Origin: a bacterium
GTDB taxonomy: Bacteria; Bacteroidota; Ignavibacteria; UBA10030
Assembly: GCA_043803945.1 (NCBI GenBank)
Contig: JAZDJN010000027.1
Span: 1 to 64,000, forward strand
DNA: 64,000 nucleotides
Direction: 5' to 3'
Under the pieces are notes generated by a model. It searched no databases, was not told where the DNA came from, and worked only from the letters and a program-made list of their open reading frames with translations. Position numbers and translations under genes: made by a program. This document shows, in pieces, positions 48,469 through 59,103 of this stretch (position 1 is the stretch's first letter; each line of letters opens with the position of its first letter).

Positions 48469-49182
48469 ATGATTCTTCCAAATTTCATTCTCAAAAGCGT
48501 AATTATTCTCATCCTGCATGTTGCCATCGCCGCACGGGCCGGACAGGAACAGTATCTTCGCGAACGCACTATGATGGTACAAACTCAAATTGTGGAGCGC
48601 GGTGTTCGCGATACCTCCGTCCTGCGGGCTCTTCGAACTGTCCCGCGTCATCTGTTTGTTCCGGCTGAACAGCAGCAGAATGCATATCAGGATTCTCCTC
48701 TTCCCATCGGATATAACCAGACCATCTCCCAGCCCTACATTGTCGCATTGATGACTGAACTCATCAAGCCGCAACCATATTTCCGTGTGCTGGAAGTTGG
48801 AACCGGATCCGGTTACCAGGCTGCAGTTCTTGCCGCACTTGTCGATAGTGTCTTTAGCATTGAACTTCTCCCGGAACTGGCTACTTCTGCAGCGACACGA
48901 TTGAAGCGGCTAAATATTCGTAACGTAGTTGTACGGCAGGGAGATGGCTACCAGGGCTGGCGTGAGCATGCGCCATATGATGCAATTCTGGTGACAGCAG
49001 CGGCTGATGAAGTTCCTGCTGCGCTGATCGACCAGCTCAAGGAAGGGGGCAGAATGATCATTCCGGTTGGATCAGCAGGGTCGGTTCAGGAGCTTATGCT
49101 CATTGAGAAGAAGGGGAAAAAAGTTGTATCGACGTCTATCATACCGGTTCGATTCGTTCCTCTCATCCATCCTCGTAAGTGA
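48469..49182 (+). CDS. pcm: Protein-L-isoaspartate O-methyltransferase
   Basis: VPRHLFVP, QTISQPYIVA, VLEVGTGSGYQAA, APYDAILVTAA, VRFVPL. Confidence 0.96.
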   Translation: MILPNFILKSVIILILHVAIAARAGQEQYLRERTMMVQTQIVERGVRDTSVLRALRTVPRHLFVPAEQQQNAYQDSPLPIGYNQTISQPYIVALMTELIKPQPYFRVLEVGTGSGYQAAVLAALVDSVFSIELLPELATSAATRLKRLNIRNVVVRQGDGYQGWREHAPYDAILVTAAADEVPAALIDQLKEGGRMIIPVGSAGSVQELMLIEKKGKKVVSTSIIPVRFVPLIHPRK

Positions 49183-49228
49183 TTCCTCGCTTAATACCTA
49201 CTGGTAGGAGTATTAATAACAGGGGAAA

Positions 49229-49474
49229 AAGTGATCCCAAAGTGACTTTGTTTGGGATCTGTAACGCGGAATCAATTTACACCGAATAGTAGATCCCCGA
49301 TAAATACATTCGGGGAACACTAATGAGTTGGGAAACAACAAGCAAAGGAAAGTGATCCCAAAGTGACTCTATTTGGGATCTGCTAAATGGAAATGAATTG
49401 CACCGCATCGTAGATCCCCCACCTTCGCATCGCTACGGTGGGCAGGCCGATAGAAGCATTCGGGAACACTAATG
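49229..49474. repeat. REP/REPIN-like family A, two tandem units (121-bp offset), inverted relative to 207-343
   Basis: AAGTGATCCCAAAGTGACT..TTTGGGATCT ... AGATCCCCGATA..CATTCGGG(G)AACACTAATG twice; the second unit carries a 29-nt insert. Confidence 0.88.
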
Positions 49475-49523
49475 GGTGAGGAACCAACAAGTAAAAAGCA
49501 GCAAGAAGTAAATTTACTTTTCT

Positions 49524-50888
49524 CTAAAATCTTGGCGGCAGGCTTGCCTTCCATCTCCAATAATAATATGCAGGAATACCGAGAAGAATAATTCCCAATC
49601 CAAAGAGCGCATCACGAGGATCTTCAAACAGAGTGTTTCCAACGAGATAGAGAGAGAAAAGGATGAAGATTATCGGAGTGTATGGATATCCCCATGTCGC
49701 ATACGCTCTCGGAAGCTCTGGCGATCGCTTACGGAGGATCAGCACCGCACCCGCTGCCATCGCATAGAAGATCCACGATGCAAAAATCACATATGTGAAG
49801 AGTTGATCAAATGTACCAGAGAGCACCAACAGGCATGACCAAACGCCCTGCGCGATCAGCGAAGGTATCGGTGTGTGAAATCTTGGATGCACCGAAGCCA
49901 TGATCTTTGGAAAAGAATTATCGATACCCATCGCATAATAAATCCGTGCACCGGAAAGGATAAAGCCATTATTGCTGCCAATCGTTGCTATCATTACAGT
50001 GATGGCTGCAATGGATGCTCCGGCTGATCCGATCAGCTTTGTTGCTGTATCGGCTGCAACCAGGGTTGACTGTCCAATCTTCTCAAGTGGAAGTACTCTC
50101 AGATATGTGATATTCACCAGAGTGTAAATGACAAGAACGATAAGCATCGAAAGAATAATTGAGCGGGGAATATTCTTCTGGGGATTCTTAACTTCTCCGG
50201 CGACGTAGGTGATTTCAATCCAGCCATCATACGACCAGAGCACAGCTACCAGTGCGATGCCGAACGGTCCTAAAAAACTCGAAAAGGAGAAAGGAATATT
50301 CGTAAGTGATAAATCCAGGCTCTGAGCGTTGGTCATAGTAAATCCCAGGACGATGAGGGCAACGATGATGAGCAATTTGAGGATCGTGAATCCATTTTGC
50401 ACGATAGCACCGAGTCTAATCCCGAAGCAATTGATTGTTGTCAGGAGAATGATTGACCAGATGGCGATAATTTTTATTCCCATGGCAGAAAGAGGAATGA
50501 AATATCCGAGATATGTGGCAAAGCCGACCGCAACTGCAGAGATTGCCGCTGTCAGGATAACCGTGAATGCTGTCCAGCCGTAGAGAAATGCCGAAAGAGG
50601 GCCATATGCTTCGCGCAGGTAAACATATTGACCACCAGCGTTCGGATACATCGCTCCCAGTTCTGCCACCGAAAGAGCTCCGAACAGGCTTATGATGCCG
50701 CCGAAAATCCAGACCAGGATAATTGAGGGGGAGGAGGGAAGGATTAACGCAATGGATGCAGGGACAAGAAAAATTCCCGATCCGATCATACAGCCAACAT
50801 TCAGCATGGTTGAATCGAGAAGTGAAAGCTCACGTTTGAGTTCAGGAGTGTCGGCTGATGGAGAAGCTTCCTTCGGTATCAAATTCAC
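49524..50888 (-). CDS. APC-family amino acid permease (LAT/SteT-like)
   Basis: MIGSGIF, ELGAMYPNAGGQYVYL, WSYDGW, EVKNPQKNIPR. Confidence 0.92.
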   Translation of the reverse strand: MNLIPKEASPSADTPELKRELSLLDSTMLNVGCMIGSGIFLVPASIALILPSSPSIILVWIFGGIISLFGALSVAELGAMYPNAGGQYVYLREAYGPLSAFLYGWTAFTVILTAAISAVAVGFATYLGYFIPLSAMGIKIIAIWSIILLTTINCFGIRLGAIVQNGFTILKLLIIVALIVLGFTMTNAQSLDLSLTNIPFSFSSFLGPFGIALVAVLWSYDGWIEITYVAGEVKNPQKNIPRSIILSMLIVLVIYTLVNITYLRVLPLEKIGQSTLVAADTATKLIGSAGASIAAITVMIATIGSNNGFILSGARIYYAMGIDNSFPKIMASVHPRFHTPIPSLIAQGVWSCLLVLSGTFDQLFTYVIFASWIFYAMAAGAVLILRKRSPELPRAYATWGYPYTPIIFILFSLYLVGNTLFEDPRDALFGLGIILLGIPAYYYWRWKASLPPRF

Positions 50889-51107
50889 ACCTTGAGCTGT
50901 AATTGTCTGACTGGTAGAATCATTGCAAGGTAAACGAATCGATTGTGAATGTGAGGATAGTTTTTGAGAATAACAATTGTAAAAGAACTTTTGCTTTGTT
51001 CACCATAATCGATTATTTTCAAGAGTAAGTTCCGAAACGGTCAAGCCACAACCGGAGAGGAGAAGATTGTTCCAGTGGCAAGGTAAGCACAGAAGAAAGA
51101 TGAGCGT

Positions 51108-52100
51108 ATGACACACTATAAAGAACTCGGATTGGTGAATTCAAAGGAATTATTTCAGAAGGCCGTGAAGGGCGGATACGCGATTCCGGCATTCAATTTT
51201 AATAACCTTGAACAATTGCAGGCAATCATCGGTGCTTGCGTTGAAACAAAATCTCCCGTTATTCTTCAAGTCTCCAGCGGCGCCAGAAAGTATGCGAACC
51301 AAACGCTTTTAAAACATCTCGCCAAAGGTGCCGTGGATTATGCCGGGGAACTCGGCTATGCCATTCCTATTGTGCTCCACCTCGACCATGGCGATACTTT
51401 GGAGTTGTGTAAATCCTGTGTTGAATCCGGATTCTCCTCGGTGATGATTGATGGTTCTCACCATTCGTATGACAAGAATGTTGAATTAACGCGCCAAGTT
51501 GTTGAGTTCGCACACTCGCACGATGTTACTGTTGAAGGTGAGCTGGGCGTATTGGCAGGTATCGAAGATGAGGTTTCCAGCGCGGTAACGCATTACACGA
51601 AACCGGAAGAGGTAGAAGACTTTGTGAAGAAAACGGGAGTCGACTCGCTGGCCATTTCCATTGGAACCTCGCACGGTGCGAACAAGTTCAAACCGGAACA
51701 ATGCACACGGTCCGAAGACGGAGTGCTTGTCCCGCCGCCGCTCCGGTTCGATATTCTGGAAGAAATTGAAAGGAGGATTCCGGGATTTCCCATCGTGCTG
51801 CATGGTGCATCCTCCGTGCCGAGCGAGTTAGTGAAAATCATCAACAGCAATGGCGGCAAGTTGAAGGATGCAGTTGGTATTCCGGAGAGCCAACTCAGGA
51901 GGGCTGCCGCATCGGCGGTGTGCAAGATCAATATCGATTCAGATGGCCGGCTTGCAATGACAGCAGCGATACGAAAAGTGTTTGGTGAGAGTCCGGGGGA
52001 ATTCGATCCGCGAAAATATCTGGGTCCGGCCCGTGATCAACTCAAGGCATTATACAAACACAAAATTGTGAACGTGCTTGGGAGTGCTGATAGGGCATAA
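51108..52100 (+). CDS. fba: Fructose-bisphosphate aldolase class II
   Basis: LHLDHG, SSVMIDGSH, VEGELG, IGTSHG, VLHGASS, KINIDSD, FDPRKYL. Confidence 0.97.
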   Translation: MTHYKELGLVNSKELFQKAVKGGYAIPAFNFNNLEQLQAIIGACVETKSPVILQVSSGARKYANQTLLKHLAKGAVDYAGELGYAIPIVLHLDHGDTLELCKSCVESGFSSVMIDGSHHSYDKNVELTRQVVEFAHSHDVTVEGELGVLAGIEDEVSSAVTHYTKPEEVEDFVKKTGVDSLAISIGTSHGANKFKPEQCTRSEDGVLVPPPLRFDILEEIERRIPGFPIVLHGASSVPSELVKIINSNGGKLKDAVGIPESQLRRAAASAVCKINIDSDGRLAMTAAIRKVFGESPGEFDPRKYLGPARDQLKALYKHKIVNVLGSADRA

Positions 52101-52126
52101 CACAGTTCAATGCCGATGTACATTTG

Positions 52127-52154
52127 AAGCCCGTCTATGGACGGGCTTTTTTTT
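52127..52154 (+). terminator. Intrinsic terminator of fba
   Basis: AAGCCCGTC-TATG-GACGGGCTT followed by a T run. Confidence 0.85.
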
Positions 52155-52288
52155 GGGGGGACTGGACTACACAGTCATCAGTAATTGAATTTATGTGATA
52201 AAGTTTTTTACTCATTCGAAGAAGAAAGAGCAACCGCGAAGAATGCCAATAGTCCAAGAATAGAATGAAAGTGTTTTCCTCATAATAG

Positions 52289-52319
52289 AAAAAGTCAGGC
52301 AATGTGTTACCTGACTTTT
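52289..52319 (-). terminator. Intrinsic terminator of the tRNA operon
   Basis: AAAAGTCAGG/CCTGACTTTT stem with T runs on both strands. Confidence 0.7.
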
Positions 52320-52320
52320 A

Positions 52321-52377
52321 GTACGCCCGAAGGGAGTCTCCGCCAGGCGGATGAGCCTCCGGCTCAGAGCCCCTAAC
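52321..52377 (-). pseudogene. Degenerate copy of tRNA-Arg(ACG) 3' end interrupted by a 28-nt double hairpin
   Basis: GTACGCCCGAAGGGAGTC[52339-52366]GAGCCCCTAAC versus GTACGCCCGAAGGGAGTCGAACCCCTAAC at 52495. Confidence 0.85.
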
Positions 52378-52495
52378 ACCCATTTTGATTAATGACCGAA
52401 ATCGTACTAATGCTTAATTCGCGGTAATAAAAATCCCGCCTCCCAGCGGGATCTTTTCTTCTCACTTCTCACGTTTTTCTTCTTACCTTCTTTTG

Positions 52496-52569
52496 TACGC
52501 CCGAAGGGAGTCGAACCCCTAACCCTCAGCTCCGTAGGCTGATGCTCTATCCAGTTGAGCTACGGGCGC
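52496..52569 (-). tRNA. tRNA-Arg (anticodon ACG)
   Basis: Cloverleaf; anticodon arm TCAGC-CT-ACG-GA-GCTGA. Confidence 0.97.
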
Positions 52570-52685
52570 AAAGGAATATGTAAATGTGGAAATGAGTAAA
52601 TGAAGGAATTGTAGCATTGAAAAGACGTTTCTCTTAATTCCTCAATTTCCTAATTCCCAAATTTTCACATTCTCACATTTCTATG

Positions 52686-52758
52686 TAGCCCTAACGGGAT
52701 TCGAACCCGTATTTTGGCCTTGAGAGGGCCACGTCCTAAACCCTTAGACGATAGGGCC
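52686..52758 (-). tRNA. tRNA-Glu (anticodon CUC)
   Basis: Cloverleaf; anticodon arm TGGCC-CT-CTC-AA-GGCCA. Confidence 0.96.
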
Positions 52759-52865
52759 AAGGTAAATAAGTGAATGTGAAAATGTGGAATTGAAAAACAG
52801 TTTCTTTCAATTTCTCAATGCCATATTCTACATTCTCATATTCCCCCATTCTCATATTTCCATTG

Positions 52866-52938
52866 CTGCCCCGCTAGGGCTCGAACCTAGACTCTTCTGA
52901 TCCAGAGTCAGACGTGTTGCCAGTTACACCACGGGGCA
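52866..52938 (-). tRNA. tRNA-Gln (anticodon CUG)
   Basis: Cloverleaf; anticodon arm TCTGA-CT-CTG-GA-TCAGA. Confidence 0.96.
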
Positions 52939-53049
52939 ATTAAAAATCAGTACTTTCGTAAGGGAAAAACCTATTCTTGATAAAATACATGTTACAGAAT
53001 AGTAGCAGATTGTATAGGTTTGTATCTGCCGGTACTGATTTATGGCGCA

Positions 53050-53080
53050 CAAATGTAGCAAGGAATTTCAAAACTATCAA
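53050..53080 (-). promoter_or_regulatory. Bacteroidota-type promoter for the tRNA operon
   Basis: Minus strand TTG-N20-TACATTTG. Confidence 0.55.
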
Positions 53081-53235
53081 GAAGATATATTTTGATAGAT
53101 TCATTCCAAATAAAAAGAAGCTAAGTGTAAGATTCCAGATATGTATTCTTGTTGGTGTGAGGATGTTATGATAGAATCACAAATAAAGAAGCGCGTATTC
53201 TTAAAAATATATCAAATAGAAAATATTCGATTGAT

Positions 53236-54312
53236 ATGGATGTTTTTACCATGATGCGCGGCCTCCCGATGGATTTCTCATCTGACGAAAAAAGCTACTC
53301 CATCGGAGATCAGTATATGTTCGGTCCCTCGATCATGGTTTGCCCTGTAACCGAGTACATGTACCATCGCCCGCCGGAGTCAAGCGAACTGGTGCAACGC
53401 GATGTTTTCAAAACTAACGACGGTAAGCCCGGGCTCCTGGCAAGATATTTCAAAGACGCCGACCGACGAATGTTGACACGAGAACAGATCGATCCCAACA
53501 TCGACATCATATGGTATACAGGTCGCCCGGACTATGTCACGGACTCGGCTTATGCGATCCGCTGGGAAGGAAAGCTCATACCGAAGGAGAACGGGAATCA
53601 TCAATTTCATTTGTTGTGCTATGATAAAAAACGTCTATTGCTGAATGGGGATACGCTTCGTATGGTGTACACCAGCGTCGAGCAGTACACTGAACTTGTG
53701 AAGTTGGAGAGAGGAAAAGAATATCCTTTTGTACTTGAAACAGAGAATAGGTCAACCGGAGCTGCACGAATGCGCCTGTTCTGGAAGACACCGTCGATAT
53801 TCGCGAGAGAGCAAGAGAAGAAGAATAAAGAAAAAACGAGAACAGTCTATCTTCCCGCTTCTCACCTTTGGTACGATTTCTGGACAGGTGCTCCTTTTAA
53901 GGGAGGGCAGACGATCAAGGCTGATGCACCGATTGAGAAGATTCCTCTCTTCATAAAAGCCGGGTCAATCATCCCGATGGGACCTTTTCTCCAGTACACC
54001 ACGGAGAAACCTGCCGATCCTCTCGAATTGCGTATCTATCCCGGAGAACATGGTCGGTTCACCCTCTATGAGGATGAAAACGACAACTACAACTACGAGA
54101 AGGGAGTGTATGCGACGATCGAATTCTCCTGGGACAATGAGCGACGGCAACTCGTCATCGGTGACCGCCAAGGAGAGTTCCCGGGCATGGTGCGTGAGCG
54201 CATCATCAAGGTAGTCCTCGTCTCAAAAGACCGCGGGACTGGTATCGAGATCTCAGATCGATTCGATGCAGTCGTTACCTATCGTGGTACAGAAATCGTT
54301 TTGAAGTTCTGA
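53236..54312 (+). pseudogene. 5'-truncated GH31 glycosidase (C-terminal beta domains, PA14-like insert, DUF5110-like tail only)
   Basis: Begins at MMRGLPMDF..DQYMFGPSIMVCPV; VYLP..WYDFWTG, IPLFIKAGSIIP, LYEDE; no catalytic barrel. Confidence 0.8.
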
Positions 54313-54905
54313 ATAGTTGAAGATCTTTATAAAGGAGGAGTTCATTACGAGCAGTTGTTTTTGTGGGACGAGCAAGAATTCAATACAAGCCTACCGCGAC
54401 ACGCTTTAAGTCGGGATCCTATGTACCCGCTGAAGCCCCGAAGGGTTGAAGGTGGGCCCCATCACAATAGAGGCCGTTTCTGAAAAGACTCGACCTCTTT
54501 CTTTTCATGACCCCGACTTGTACCTGCATTTTGAAGATGGAGCAAACAATAAGACTTCTTTACAGAGCTAAAGAAAGCACGATGTATCACGCTTGATTGG
54601 TTTGATGCGGATAGGACAATAATCTGATATGGAGTGGCCAACGGAGGAATCAATAAACAACAGATGATCTAATGAACACCAGAGTATCTGCAGACATCGG
54701 AAGGTGTGGGGAATGTAGAGACAGTAGAAATCTGATGGGTCGTGCTTTGATGATTAAAGAGGTGAGAATGAGCGGAGAGGTCTTGACATTTGAATAATTG
54801 GTAGTAATCTTCCTTATAACAGTCTGGAATTCTTTGAGCTGCAACGTTGAGCGGTTATACTGTGATGGACAATCGAGCTATAATTCTCTAAAGCGAGGAT
54901 TGTGT

Positions 54906-56264
54906 ATGTTTCGTAAAATTTTCCTGGTTGGCATTCTAGCTTTGATAATGTTCTCGTCGTGTTCTCTCATCCAGTTTCTTTATGAGCAGGATGATTTCAT
55001 TCGCGTGGAGAGGACTCAGTTTACCCACAACGGTAAGCCGTACTATTTTGCTGGGATCAACCTCTGGTATGGCTGCTATCTGGGATCTCCCGGAGAAACA
55101 GGTGATCGTGAGCGGCTTTGCCGTGAACTCGATTCATTGCTCGCCTATGGCATTAACAATCTGCGTCTCCTGGCTGCTTCTGAAGATTCATACATACTGC
55201 GTTCGATCAAGCCGGCGATTCAACGAGCTCCCGGTGTTCTCAATGATTCCCTGCTGGTCGGATTAGATTTTGTCCTGGATGAAATGTCAGAGCGGCATAT
55301 GCATGCTGTGATGTTCTTGAACAATTACTGGGAATGGTCGGGTGGAATGGCGCAGTATGTCGCTTGGGCCACCGGTGCAGATGGCCCCGATCCGGAAGAT
55401 CCGGTAAAAGGCTACGGTGGATTTATGGATTTTTCAGCGAAGTTTTATTCTACTCCCGAAGCGATGCGGCTGTATGAAGAGTATGTGAAACGGATCGTCA
55501 CTCGGAGAAATACAATCAATGGCCGCTTGTATGCCGAGGATCCAACGATCATGTCGTGGCAGCTCGCGAATGAACCACGCCCCGGCCGGGATGGAGAATC
55601 GGGAAAACGAAACCTTGCCGCGTTCAATGCCTGGATCGAACGGGCTTCGCAGTACATTCATTCCCTGGATACCAATCACCTCGTCTCGACTGGAAGCGAA
55701 GGGAAGGTTGGCTGTATTCAACTTGAAGAAGCGTTTCTCGAATCACACAAATCGGTGTATGTTGATTACCTGACATTTCATCTCTGGCCATTGAATTGGG
55801 GATGGTTCAATCCCAAACGCATTACGGAGACTCTTCCCTCGTCGGAAGAAAAATCGTTGCAGTACATCAACCTCCATTTTACGCTAGCGAGACAGCTCAA
55901 CAAGCCAATTGTCATGGAAGAGTTCGGCATGGGGCGGGATAGTGCAAATATCCTTCCCGGAACACCGACGACAGCACGCGATCATTTTTATCGAGTTGTC
56001 TTCCAGGCACTCTATGATTCTGCACGGGCCGGTGCACCGATTGCCGGCTCGAATGTCTGGACGTGGGGAGGCGAAGGTGTTGCCCGGCATCCAGACGGTC
56101 AATGGCGCAAAGGCGATCCGTTCGTCGGCGATCCTCCGCAGGAACCACAGGGAAGAAATTCAATTTTTATTTCGGATACCTCTACCCTAAGTATTCTGCA
56201 TCGGCACGCACGACTGATGCAGCGGCTTGGCATTATGGATTCCCTGCTCACCTATAAGAAGTGA
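54906..56264 (+). CDS. GH5 beta-mannanase/mannosidase (GH5_7-like) lipoprotein
   Basis: Lipobox FSSC; NNYWEWSGGMAQY, WQLANEPR, MEEFG, GDPPQEPQG. Confidence 0.9.
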   Translation: MFRKIFLVGILALIMFSSCSLIQFLYEQDDFIRVERTQFTHNGKPYYFAGINLWYGCYLGSPGETGDRERLCRELDSLLAYGINNLRLLAASEDSYILRSIKPAIQRAPGVLNDSLLVGLDFVLDEMSERHMHAVMFLNNYWEWSGGMAQYVAWATGADGPDPEDPVKGYGGFMDFSAKFYSTPEAMRLYEEYVKRIVTRRNTINGRLYAEDPTIMSWQLANEPRPGRDGESGKRNLAAFNAWIERASQYIHSLDTNHLVSTGSEGKVGCIQLEEAFLESHKSVYVDYLTFHLWPLNWGWFNPKRITETLPSSEEKSLQYINLHFTLARQLNKPIVMEEFGMGRDSANILPGTPTTARDHFYRVVFQALYDSARAGAPIAGSNVWTWGGEGVARHPDGQWRKGDPFVGDPPQEPQGRNSIFISDTSTLSILHRHARLMQRLGIMDSLLTYKK

Positions 56265-56429
56265 CAATGAATTTGAAGATGCAATGGAGATTCCTGCTGA
56301 TGCGGAACAGTACTGATGAGTCGCTCTCAGCAGTTACTTGCTTAAAATCTGGTCAACGCCTGCTATGGCGCATGCGGACCAATCGTACGGTACTAATCCA
56401 CACTTCAACGAATCGTGCCTTAGAATTCT

Positions 56430-59041
56430 ATGAACCATATCAAAGTCTTGACGTTACTTGCCGTATCGATGATGATCGTGCAGCTTTCAGCTTCCAACGG
56501 TGACCGTTCGATGAACATGAACCTGCACACTCAATGGAGATTTAAACAGGAAGGAACCGATCGATGGTACTCTGCGGCTGTACCGGGGTGTGTCCATACC
56601 GACCTGATGCAAAACGGACTAATTCCAGATCCATTTGTTGGAACGAACGAACGCGATCTCCAATGGATTGGTGAAAAGAATTGGATCTATGAGACAACAT
56701 TCGGCATTCCAGCCGCATTCCTCCGACAGGACCATGTCGAACTTATCTTCGAGGGATTGGATACGTATGCAGATGTTACCCTGAACGACAACACCATTCT
56801 CCATGCAACAAATATGTTTCGCACATGGCGAATTGAATGCAAAAGCCTTTTACGAGAGGGGCAGAATCGTTTGGCAATCCGATTCAAAAATGTGTTCGAC
56901 GAAAATCTCCCTAAACATCGTTCTGCACCCTTCGAGCTGCAAGCCTTCGATAACAATGATCAGGCAGAGGCAAAGATTTCCATGCATTCCCGCAAAGCCC
57001 AGTTCCATTACGGATGGGATTGGGGGCCCCGGCTAATCACGTGCGGCGTTTGGCGTCCTGTGGCCCTTCAAGCGTGGAGTGGATTCAAGCTTAACCATGT
57101 GCATGTCCAGCAACAGAATGTCACAGAAGCTGGTGCTGATATCCTCTCTGTCATCGCCATCGACTCAGATCGGCCGCGGGAGGTTTCCATACTCATGACG
57201 ATGGATGACCTCCAGCTTGTTACACAGCGTGTGAAGCTTCAACAGGGGAAAAATGTTATTCCTCTTACAGGGCATCTGGCCAATCCAAAACTCTGGTGGA
57301 CGAATGGCTTAGGTGCTCAATACCTCTACTCGTATCGGCTTATCGTGAAGGATGATTCCGAATTGAGTGATGAGTATACCACATCCATCGGCATCCGTTC
57401 TCTGGAAATTGTTCGGGAGAAGGACACACACGGTAGAAGCATGTATGTGAAACTGAATGGTGTACCGGTCTTTATGAAAGGGGCTAATTATATCCCGCAG
57501 GACAATTTTCAGAATCGGGTGACTCGGGACCGTTGCGAACACATTGTTCGTTCTGCCGCAGAAGCGAATATGAACATGCTCCGGGTATGGGGCGGCGGTA
57601 TTTACGAAGACGATCAATTCTATGAGTTCTGCGACCGGTACGGTCTCCTTGTGTGGCAGGAAATGATTTTTGCCTGTGCGATGTATCCTGCTGACGGTGA
57701 CTTTCTGGAAAATGTGCGGCAAGAGGTGATTGATAATGTAACCCGAATCCGCAACCATCCCTGTATCGCATTGTATTGCGGCAACAATGAGAATGAAGCT
57801 GCCTGGTTTCAGTGGGGATGGAAGCAGAAATACGATACACGAACGCAAGAAATTTTTGAACGGAACGCAGAAAGGCTCTTCTATGAAGTAATCCCTTCGG
57901 CGCTCCGGGAAGCAGACTCGACACGCTATTATCATCCCACTAGTCCGATTGCCGGAATCAAAAATACTCCATACAGCGAAGGTGATATCCACTATTGGGG
58001 TGTGTGGCATGGCAAAGAACCGTTCGAGAATTTCACTTCCAACATTGCCCGCTTTGTGAGTGAATATGGATTTCAGTCCTACCCTGAACTCTCCACCGTT
58101 TCAAAATTCGCCCGGCCGGAAGATCGACAGCTTCATTCCGATGTGATGCTGTCTCATCAGCGTTGCATGGCGGATGCACGGCGTGACAAAGAGTATGGCA
58201 ATCGCTTGATACAGACATACATGGATCGATGGTACCGTACGCCGAAAGATTTTGAATCATATCTCTATGTCAGTCAGGTTCTTCAGGCTGAAGGAGTACA
58301 GGTAGCATTGGAGGCTCATCGCCGGGCAATGCCATTTTGCATGGGAAGCTTATACTGGCAGATCGACGATTGCTGGCCGGTGGCATCATGGTCGAGTATC
58401 GATTATTACGGCCGCTGGCATCATGGTCGAGTATCGATTATTACGGCCGCTGGAAAGCACTCCACTATGCAGCAAAAAACTCTTATGCTCCTATTCTGGT
58501 TTCTCCAGCGATGTCGAAAGACAGTGTCATCCTTATTCTAGTTTCAGATGCATTGAAAGCGTTTGAAGCGTTGCTCGATGTAACGGTGATGGATTTCAAC
58601 GGCACTCGAATTTCACACCTTACGCTTCCCGTGACTGTACCGGCGAATAGCTCGGCGAAGATTCCTACCATCCCGAAACAGCAGCTTATCGGAGATGCAA
58701 ACGAATCCCGATCTGTTATTCACCTGCAATTACGACGGGGGCAGGAAACTCTCCACGAACGATACGCCTACTTCCGGCTGCCAAAGGAACTGGAACTACA
58801 CAAGCCAACCCTGATGAGAGCCATTCAAAAAAATCTAACGGGATATACCATTGAGTTGGCCGCATCGACACTTGCGAAATCTGTCATGCTTGCCTGCGGT
58901 GACGATGCATGTTTCTTCAGCGATAATTATTTTGACCTGGTGCCGGGAATTCAAAAGACTATAACGGTAACGACAACAATGAAACAGGATGAATTCGAAA
59001 AATCATTGAAGATTATCAGCTTGATCGATAGTTATCAGTAA
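56430..59041 (+). pseudogene. GH2 beta-mannosidase, frameshifted by a 35-bp tandem duplication (ORFs 56430-58541 and 58337-59041 are one gene)
   Basis: YGWDWGP, KGANYIP, NMLRVWGGG, GNNE, SEYGFQS, YWQIDDCWPVASWSSIDY; duplication at 58381-58450. Confidence 0.9.
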
Positions 59042-59103
59042 CCTGAATTCTCCGTACTGCTAATTCGATTACAGTCCTCCGTATCCTGAACATTAAACGA
59101 TCC

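Noticed and set aside
54330-54880. Hidden gene or ncRNA in a long intergenic stretch
   Set aside because: The frames I read are interrupted by stops with no recognisable motif; only a REP-like hairpin near 54427-54457 is evident.
58337-59041. Separate gene or programmed frameshift
   Set aside because: It is the GH2 C-terminus displaced by the 35-bp duplication; no slippery site is needed.
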